The notes under the pieces: generated by a model
The model's database searches: none
What the model saw: the letters and a program-made list of their open reading frames with translations, nothing else
Told to the model about the DNA's origin: nothing
From: Balanoglossus misakiensis
Taxonomy: Eukaryota > Animalia > Hemichordata
NCBI GenBank assembly: GCA_040954595.2
Contig: CM082593.2
Location: 10,677,477-10,741,476, forward strand
Direction: 5' to 3'
Length of the DNA: 64,000 bases
Translations under genes and position numbers: made by a program
Shown here: piece by piece, positions 56,501-64,000 of the stretch
Layout: every line of letters starts with the position of its first letter
Position numbering within the stretch: position 1 is the first letter of the stretch

Positions 56501-57150
56501 TGATAAAACAAAAGGTTAGGTCGACTTTTCATGTCCTTATGCGCATGAAAAGAAAAGAATGAGACAGGGTCAATGAAGTCTAGTATCGTGTCTTCGTGCA
56601 CACGAAGACGCCCGAGCCGTTCATCATCATGGTATTCCTCGTGGAATCTCTTGGCAAGTGCATGGCGTGTACCGAGTCAGAACATGTAAATACTGACTTC
56701 TGCCATAGACGTACCAGGTGCTTCGACGAGTTGGCCTTCGGCATTGTGGTTTTTTGGCTTTTCTAGTGAAGCCGAAGGCCAAAACCAAGGACCGTGACTA
56801 AACTGAAAAGCCCCCACCCCCCCCATCTCCCCCCCCCCCCCCGCCCTCACCAGTTTTTGTAGTAGATATGTTCTTCATGCCTACCCCAATTCTACCGCTG
56901 GCTGCGCTGTCACAGTGACCTCAAGCCAGGTCAAATTTGAGCTAAAAGACAAGTTCCGTCTACATACTCATGAATATTTCTTGGTTTCTTCGCGTATAAA
57001 CTCAGGAATACTATGCCCCTGAAGCCTCGGCTGGCTTTGATGCACGTTATCATGTTTTAATTAGTCAAAGACCCACAGTAGCAAAGTAGGTAATTGTCTT
57101 TTTTTCACGCGTATCCTTTGGTCATATATTCTGCCTGCAGCCCCCAGCCC

Positions 57151-57466
57151 TTGCTGCAGTTTGAAGCCCCTCCATCTCCCCTGAACGAGTTTTGGTTTTG
57201 CCGATTGAAGTTGAATAACTGGGGAAAACGTAGGCAAAATCGACAAATACCGCGACATCCTTTGCCAGGTAAGCGCTGTATGGGTTCCGGGACCGATTTG
57301 GCGAAAAAAGTGTGGAAAATTGTGGACTGGAGACGTCTGGAGTGTAGAAATTCGCTCCGGGCCCAAATCCCGGTCGCTCGTTGTGCGGTTTAGAATAGCT
57401 GGGACCTGCAGCCCCGCAAAAACAAAAATCGTCCAGGGGAGATGGAGGGGCTGCAAACTGCAGCAA
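57151..57466. mobile_element. MITE-like element with ~50-bp TIRs and a 10-bp flanking direct repeat
   Basis: TTGCTGCAGTTTGAAGCCCCTCCATCTCCCCTGAACGAG... pairs with ...TCGTCCAGGGGAGATGGAGGGGCTGCAAACTGCAGCAA. CCCCCAGCCC flanks both sides (57141-57150, 57467-57476). Confidence 0.65.
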
Positions 57467-58200
57467 CCCCCAGCCCCACATTCGCTGATATAATTGTCAC
57501 GTTCCTCGATAGTTATTATAATTTTTAGTTAGAGACGGCCTTGTAGACTCGGAATTGTAGACTAGCGACGGCTCAGCTGGCATATCGTACCACTTTTTCT
57601 GTTACATTGCCGACCGGCCCGGCGCAACTACCGAGGAAAGATACGGGTGTGCTCGTGGGAATTGTCAACTACCCGTTCATCGTTCGACTGCTCAACACAG
57701 ATCATTGATAACACAATGTCACATTTCGAACTAATTTTGAAATTCTGGATAAATTCTCCAAATATCCTGTTAATCTGGGATTTTCTTCCATCACCTTGAT
57801 GCAACTGTATCAGAATTTGTCTTTTAAGTTTATTCACACCAAAAAAAAACAACAACAGCCATTTCCTGGAAATTGTCATGTTTTCTCTAAAAGAAATAAG
57901 CTGAACTTTTTTATTCAAAGGAAACGTTCAGCAAATTTTTTTCTCCCCAAAATTCAGGTGAATTTTTCACAGATTCTTTTTTCCCAGAAATTCTGCCGAA
58001 ATCTACACTAATCACACACTTATTGGAAAGGTGTAACACAAAATATAGACTTTACAAACAAAAATCTAATGTTATACATTTATGAACCTCTTATTCACCA
58101 ATATTAAATGTTTTCAAAGAGGAAATGTATTATTCACGGACTGGAATTTCGAAATTAGTTTGGAACATGTTTGATGTGTTATAAATTGGTTTATTTTCAG

Positions 58201-58319
58201 ATTTTATGGTGGGCACTTGACAGTAATTGAGGGTTATTCTGAAAATCGTTATGCTGGAGCAGAGATTGTAAACCAGATTGAAGAGACTTCCAATGAAACA
58301 GCGAACCATGGTTGGATTG
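58201..58319 (+). CDS. Exon, CTL domain middle: FYGGHLTVIEGYSENRYAGAEIVNQIEETSNETANHGWI(G)
   Basis: TTTTCAG acceptor and GTGAGT donor. GGHL..I...EN and WIG CTL motifs. Phases 2/1 are consistent with the neighbours. Confidence 0.9.
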
Positions 58320-58758
58320 GTGAGTGTGTCTTTTAACAGTGTTTGTCAGTGTTCCCAAATAATTTGTGGGTGTATCAAGTGTAAAAAATAACTGGTTTTG
58401 GAATTTGACAGTTTACAAGTAAGCACTGCATAGTAACACTTGAATGATAATTGTCTCAAGATGGTAATTGAAAAGCCTATTTTTTACATCTCAATAACCT
58501 CACAAAATCTTGCTATTAAGTGACTCTGTATGCAGTTTTTCATCCAGATGGAGGGATGAGGGAATTCGCCCACTGTCAGCATGTTGGCACCCCCCTAGAA
58601 ATTTGTCAAGGGGGAAATGGTGCCCCTTACAGACTCAGCGATGTCACTCATTCCCCTCCTTGCAAGAGTGCAACTATTCAAGCAAAGGGGGACATATCCC
58701 CCCCATCCTGGATGAAACACTGCTGTATGCATCTTCTTTCTTTATTTCCATTTTATAG

Positions 58759-58974
58759 GATTTAGTGGACCCAATCGAGATGGCAGTGTGGAATATGATT
58801 ATTCAGATGGCAGGAAAGGTAGTGTCTTTGATGGTCGATGGGCAGACACAGAACCTGATGCCTCCACTGGGCAATGTGTGAGGTTAAACCTCTTTGAAAA
58901 TAATTACCCATTGTATCATGCAAGATGTGATGATGTCAGTCTGTCAATGTGTGAAGTAGCAGCTTGTGCTGAAG
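58759..58974 (+). CDS. Exon, CTL domain C-part: (G)FSGPNRDGSVEYDYSDGRKGSVFDGRWADTEPDASTGQCVRLNLFENNYPLYHARCDDVSLSMCEVAACAE
   Basis: TTTTATAG acceptor and GTAAGT donor. W...EP....G.CV...C......CE pattern. Overlaps ORF 58788-59150. Confidence 0.9.
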
Positions 58975-59067
58975 GTAAGTCTGATTCAAATCAGCTAGAA
59001 TCTTCCCTTACTCGCATCAGGTCTTTACTTTTCTCGCACTGCTGTAGTCACCTCCCAATATATATAC

Positions 59068-59375
59068 TAAGAGAGAGTGTGTGCAAAAGAGCGGGAGGGA
59101 GAGGCTGGGAGGGGAGAGTGAGAGGGGAGGGAGGGAGAGCTGGAGAGTGACAGGGAGGGAGGGAGGGAGGGTGGGTGGTAGTGAGGGAGAGGGGGAGAGA
59201 GAACTAGAGGGAGAGGGAGGGGTAGAGGGGGGTAGGGAGGGAGAGAGAGCTAGAGAGGGGTGGGAGGGAGGGAGAGGGGCGGGAGAGGGGAGGGAGAGGG
59301 GCGGGAGAGGGGAGGGAGAGAGCTAGAGAGGGAGGGGGAGGGGGTGGAAGGGAGGGAAGGAGAGAGAGTTAGAGT
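59068..59375 (+). repeat. Purine-rich (GGGA/GA)n low-complexity tract
   Basis: About 300 bp almost entirely G/A on the plus strand. Confidence 0.9.
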
Positions 59376-59576
59376 CCCCTAAGCAATACAAGATATACTT
59401 GGAAGAGCTCACCACTAAAAGTTAAACAAGGGGGATCAGATCATGTGATGTCTCCTTGGGTGCAGAATGGTGTTATATTTGAAATTCAAAATTGAGGCCA
59501 GTTGTCGCTAGATAATTCCACTCATTAATTGTATGGTTATGTTTACTTAACAATTTCTTTTACACTATTTATGTAA

Positions 59577-61045
59577 TAGAGAACCACCGACCCCGAGGTG
59601 GTTCTTGGTTTCTAATTGCCGAGGGCCGCAGGCCCGAGGCGATTGGAAACCAAGAACCACTGAGGGGGAGGTGGTTCTCTAACTTAAACCACGACCCCCC
59701 ACAGACATTGTCACCATTGGAGCTTCGTGTACCACAAAGACGTCGTTTTACTCAACGATTCAATAAAATGAACGAACAAAAGCTTATCAAAAGAGGCTTA
59801 TTCTTCATTGCTGACTGTGAAATTTGGTTGGCCACCCCTTTTCCTATAAATGAATCATGTCGTGGGCAGGTAGTTCTAGACCGCCCTGCTGGGCCTTACA
59901 AGATCGCCCACGCTTGACAGGTGTTACTCTAAATGTTCATGCTTACGTGTCAGAGTGATATGCTAATTTCAAACTCTAATTTGCATCAAATTAAACTTTA
60001 CAGGTGTGTTACGTAGTGTATTATGGGAAGCGTTACAGCTATTGGGGTTTTGCGTGCACATGGTAAGCTTACGCGAAAATTTTCTAGGCCAAATGCAGAA
60101 GGCCTACATGTAAGTGTCACGTTTTTTTTTTATTTTCCTTCAAATGTCCATGAAATCGATCTGAAGATACATGTAGTTCCGATCTATATCATCTGCGAAA
60201 ACAAGCGGCTACATGTTGGTAAAGCAAAAACCGGGTAACAATGCTCTACATGGTACTACTGCCCGTCTGTGTATTGGCCTCCCTGGCTTTTGAACGAACC
60301 ACTCTCTACGAGCCACAGCGGCAACACGTCTGTATGGTAGCGATATTGGTGAGTAACTCATCTGCGAAAAGACTTGATACCGAAGTGAATCCGTCCGACA
60401 TTACAAACCCACGTCTGGTGAACAGCAACAAAAAGTAAGCAGAATTTTGCAAGGTACGCGGGTTTTAGGCCTAAAACAGCCAACCTTGTTACATGTCGGT
60501 AGTGAAGCAAAATCGAAGTGAAGCATCTGGTTAGAGTAATACAAGCAAATCTGGGGATAATGTGATTTAGTATAATTTTCTAGAAATTTGTAGTTAGTTT
60601 ATTGCAACGTTAGTTTGTTTCTGGTGAATTGATTTTTGTCTATTTTATACTTTTATTATCATGTTATGAAGACTCTCGAGAGCCACCAAGACATTAGCTT
60701 TGTACGTCAGTAGACAAAACTGTGAATGTGAAGCATTGAATGAAATGATCCGGAGACTGTCGCATATCCAGTTCGCTTTCAATTAACATAACAATTACTC
60801 TATTCAAATGAAATGTACTTTGAATACAGGTATAGAAGTAAATGTAATTATGCAAATAAAGCATTGTGTATTTGTATTTTTGTTACGACAGGTGAGACTG
60901 AGTCCTGCGGTAGTTCTAGAACCCCCGGAGGTAGTTCTAGAACTACCCGGGACTTGGTTTTAAACCTGTGGTTTTGTGTGAGACGGAGGTTCTCTCAGTG
61001 AATGACTTGTCTATTGAATAGTGTGACGTCACGATCGTGGTTTAA
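59577..61045. mobile_element. Non-autonomous element with terminal hairpin plus asymmetric 11-bp IR (Crypton-like or Helitron2-like), element A
   Basis: 105-bp hairpin at 59577-59681 centred on GGGCC-GCA-GGCCC. TTAAACCACGA (59684-59694) is inverted at TCGTGGTTTAA (61035-61045). The GGTRGTTCT motif is repeated in the hairpin and near 59870 and 60910-60945. Confidence 0.7.
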
Positions 61046-61121
61046 TTGTATGATCATCTCCTTTGCAACTAAAGACTACTTTTGAACTGTCAGCAGAAAG
61101 TCTGATCCTCAAAGAATTTTG

Positions 61122-61316
61122 TACTGTAAACAGGAAATTTTCGCGAGCGATACATTTTTGCGAACTATGCGAGAGCCAAAAAAACGCGAAAATAAACAAG
61201 TTGTGTAAAAATGTTTTTCGAAGATAGCAATGCCGTGAAATATGAGAATGCGAAAATCAATCATCGCATAACAGTTGCCACTTTTGATATCATGAAAAAT
61301 TTCCTGTTTTACAGTA
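61122..61316. mobile_element. TA-flanked MITE (TACTGTAAA...TTTACAGTA)
   Basis: TIRs TACTGTAAACAGGAAATTTT / AAAATTTCCTGTTTTACAGTA, with internal repeated CGCGAA-type motifs. Confidence 0.85.
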
Positions 61317-61627
61317 TGTCATAAATATAAATCAGAAACAAAACTGGGCCAAGTATTTTAAGAATCTGGCATCTGTCACACTGATAGTTTGAGCTTAGAG
61401 AATCATAATATGCGGTTCTTGGAATTTTCGGGTGTGATAAATGTCGTTTCAAAATTTTTACATTTGATTTATACTAATACAAACATTGTTTTATACATGT
61501 ACATTGGATACTCACTGTTGGTGAAGTAATTTTATCATCAATGAAATTTCGTCAACTTGATGAGCTGAATCTTTATGACCATTCATCACACAAACATACT
61601 CTTTCTTTTTATTTTAATGATATTCAG

Positions 61628-61752
61628 GAACATGTGGTGGTTTGGAAACTGGTGAATCGGGGACCTTTCACAGCACTGGATACCCAGATGATAATTATTA
61701 CATTCTACAAGAATGTATTTGGACAATCCAGGGACCTGCAACATCCAGAATA
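61628..61752 (+). CDS. Exon, CUB1 N-half: (G)TCGGLETGESGTFHSTGYPDDNYYILQECIWTIQGPATSRI; normal 3' end and donor apparently lost
   Basis: TATTCAG acceptor. CGG....SG.F.S..YP..Y.....C.W.I CUB consensus. No phase-0 GT donor follows. Confidence 0.85.
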
Positions 61753-61800
61753 AGTGCTCACTTGTAAACTGTCAAATTCCAAAACCAGTTATTTTTTACA
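61753..61800 (-). repeat. 48-bp inverted copy of intronic segment 58380-58427
   Basis: AGTGCTCACTTGTAAACTGTCAAATTCCAAAACCAGTTATTTTTTACA equals the reverse complement of 58380-58427 at 47 of 48 positions. Confidence 0.92.
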
Positions 61801-62056
61801 GTAAAACTTGCATAAACCACTAACTCTGTCTAATCTGGAAACCTGCCTATACAAAACACCTTTTCCCGTCCATTCGACATACAAACACTTAAAAAAAAAA
61901 ACCAGACACATGTATTAGATTTAAATTCATTTCAACTAAAAAAAAAATAATTTGATTTTTTTCTTCCTTATAACAAACATGATTTTTGGTAAACTTTTGA
62001 ATTAAAGGGCCATTATCTATAACTTCAGGCTAGTTTATCAGTAATTTTGTTTTGTG

Positions 62057-62712
62057 TTTATTACACCTCACGTATTATACCGTTTTCGTGATTGGCTGAG
62101 ACGCGCTCACGTGATATAGAAAAAAAAGTGATATAACATGGCTAGAGTTGATATAGCCCTGTCGCGTGCGCTGATATTGCCCGCTTGGTTGTTTTGGTGT
62201 TCTGGGCACGACTTCTGCGCGTTCCAAACTGTCGTTCAATGGCTTCCTTCACGATCAGTCAACTCCCGCATCTATATGGCTTCAAAGCGACACACAGGCT
62301 TAACACCTGTTCTACTGGATGATATTTTACTGCAAACGGGCAGTAAATACACCAAAATCGCAACCAACAGCGCAGTATTTTCAAAATAATCTAAGTTCGA
62401 AGTAGGTATCGTATAATTCTTGGGAGATCGAGACATTTTACATTCTCAGCAACGTACGACATATGGACGCGAGTCTACATGCTACATGCTGCAGTGTATG
62501 TACGTTCAAATGTTCGGCGTAATAAAATTAATAACACATTATGCTCGGGCAACATCACGATTTGAAGCCTGCCCTCGGGCTGGTGATCTCTGACCAAAAT
62601 ATTGATGATACCCTCGCCTGCGGCTCGGGCATCATCAATATTATGGTCAGAGATCACCATCCCTCATGCAGGCTTCAAATCGTGATATTGCCCTCGCTAT
62701 CATGTGTTATTA
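62057..62712. mobile_element. Non-autonomous element with asymmetric 11-bp IR plus terminal hairpin, element B (opposite orientation to A)
   Basis: TTTATTACACC (62057-62067) is inverted at GGCGTAATAAA (62516-62526). A 184-bp hairpin at 62529-62712 is centred on GCC-TGC-GGC. A TGATAT(T/A)GCCC-type motif is repeated near 62110-62182 and in the hairpin. Confidence 0.75.
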
Positions 62713-63079
62713 TTTAAATTAAACACTTTTTCTTGTTCCTCTCCTCATGAGTAACCCATCACACCCAGCTCTCTGCTTGTCAACGAGTCATGTGTATGTG
62801 TACTGACTGTTGTTATTATTTACGAATGTTTTCAAACAACAACAATGCCGATTGTGCCCTCATAGGTTTCGTTGAGAAGTTAAGACTATGGATTTAACTC
62901 TGCCCTGCGTAGCTGAACAAGAAACTATAATTGATACACAGAATAGAAATACTGAAAAATGCAAAAAGTTACAGCTAATGGGGCTTAAGTCATGAAACTG
63001 TGTTTATTTTCATGTATATTGGCTTGAGACAGCTCACTATTTATGATGTGCGTTGTGACATTTTTTTTATTCTTTTCAG

Positions 63080-63281
63080 TTTCTACATTTTGACACTGAA
63101 CTTTATCATGATACTGTTGTCATTGTCGAGGTGTCTGTGTTTGACCCATCCAAAGTTCTTGCCACATACAGTGGACCGGACCAGCCTGATGAAGTTATTA
63201 GCAGTGGTAATGCAATGTTGGTGAAATTTCTCTCAGATAGTTCGCATACTGCTACTGGCTTTGAAGCATCTTGGCAAGCAG
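63080..63281 (+). CDS. Exon, CUB1 C-half: FLHFDTELYHDTVVIVEVSVFDPSKVLATYSGPDQPDEVISSGNAMLVKFLSDSSHTATGFEASWQA
   Basis: Pyrimidine tract + CAG acceptor and GTAATA donor. F..FD.E...D.V, SSGN.M.V.F.SD and GF.A.W CUB motifs. Confidence 0.92.
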
Positions 63282-63304
63282 GTAATACCAAGTTTTATAC
63301 ATAA

Positions 63305-63350
63305 TGTAAAACTGGAAATTTTCGCAAACGATAAATTTTCGCGAACTACA
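63305..63350. mobile_element. Fragment of the same MITE family as 61122-61316
   Basis: TGTAAAACTGGAAATTTTCGCAAACGATAAATTTTCGCGAACTA matches the left end of the 61122 element. Confidence 0.65.
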
Positions 63351-63574
63351 CATAAACTTTGCATGTGTGGACACAAGGCAACTAAAAGCATTAATGCTCT
63401 GTGTTTACCTTAGGCAAATAGTGTCTCTGAAACGTTTCGAATTTTACCCTACGTGAACCTGGTATAACATTATAGATTGCACATGTAGGCAATATTTGCC
63501 CTACCTCGACTGTGATCTTGCTGATGTCCTGTTTGTGAAGTGTTTCTGTTAAGATGACTTCTTCTTTCTTTCAG

Positions 63575-63726
63575 TGTATTCTTTGTGTGGTGGGAATTTC
63601 ATAGCACAGTCATATAAACAGAATCTCAGCAGTACAGAATATTTTGAAGGCAAGAATTATCTCAACAATGAAGATTGTAACTGACAGCTGGCATCATTCA
63701 CAACAGAATTTGTTGTCACTTTACAG
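63575..63726 (+). CDS. Exon, CUB2 N-half with in-frame TGA: (V)YSLCGGNFIAQSYKQNLSSTEYFEGKNYLNNEDCN*QLASFTTEFVVTLQ
   Basis: Strong TTCTTTCAG acceptor; phase 1 matches the previous exon. CGG...L.S..Y....Y.NN.DC-x-(W) motif. Donor is GTAGTG at 63727, or alternatively GTGAGT at 63754. Confidence 0.85.
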
Positions 63727-64000
63727 GTAGTGGATTCAGATGCAATTAATCGTGTGAGTTGTTTTACAGCATGACAAAAATTAGTAATTATATTTTTAAA
63801 AATACATTTTATTTTTGTCATTTCTGGTCAATTCTCAGTAGTCACTTTTCCGATTTCTTAAAATTTGGTTTACAAGGACCTACAATATTTGTTATTATGG
63901 TGTACATAAACATGTGACAAATATCAATACTGGGGAGGAGGGGGGTGGGTAGTTTTAGACATTTTTGGTCCAAAAGTCCACTTATGTCAGAAACGGCTCT

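Larger units (their letters stand above)
51883..63726 (+). pseudogene. Uninflatable/SP1070-like CTL-(LDLa)-CUB-CUB gene, probably a pseudogene or null allele; continues beyond the window
   Basis: Seven exons give a CTL then CUB-CUB order, with recalled similarity to the Drosophila Uif N-terminus. Lesions: TGA at 63682-63684, missing donor at ~61753, and no LDLa exon or first exon found. Confidence 0.6.

Noticed and set aside
56731-56783. Small inverted pair TTGGCCTTCGGC / GCCGAAGGCCAA
   Set aside because: Probably a relic of a repeat, but no element boundaries could be defined.
59081-59326. G/E/R-rich ORF
   Set aside because: This is a translation of the polypurine low-complexity tract.

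Overview
Eukaryotic (animal, probably marine invertebrate) genomic DNA with no prokaryotic features. Bases 1-45833 are one uninterrupted, single-orientation AT-rich satellite array. Its monomer is 78 bp (consensus AAAAAAATCATGGGTGAAAATCATCAAAAAATGACAAATTTTCGACTTTGCAAAATCTCAAAATTTCGTCGATTTTTG), with recurrent truncated monomers and kb-scale higher-order duplications; all ORFs there are repeat artefacts. The array ends abruptly on a diverged ~240-bp tandem repeat that runs into a Helentron/DINE-1-like terminal module (hairpin 50417-50450), suggesting the satellite sits inside a non-autonomous rolling-circle element. That repeat is interrupted by a 5'-truncated APE-RT LINE (46720-49849, minus strand, three nonsense codons). 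The LINE is itself interrupted by a TTAA-flanked element with perfect 128-bp TIRs (Kolobok-like). From 51883 to about 63750 lie seven plus-strand exons of a C-type lectin + CUB gene resembling the N-terminus of uninflatable (uif/SP1070). It looks damaged: no LDLa exon found, one splice donor overwritten by an inverted templated copy, and a TGA at a conserved Trp. Its introns hold several MITEs and two unrelated elements that share an asymmetric IR + long hairpin architecture with strand-specific GAG/GAG mismatches and GCA triloops. All analysis was by eye; family assignments rely on recalled motifs, not database searches.
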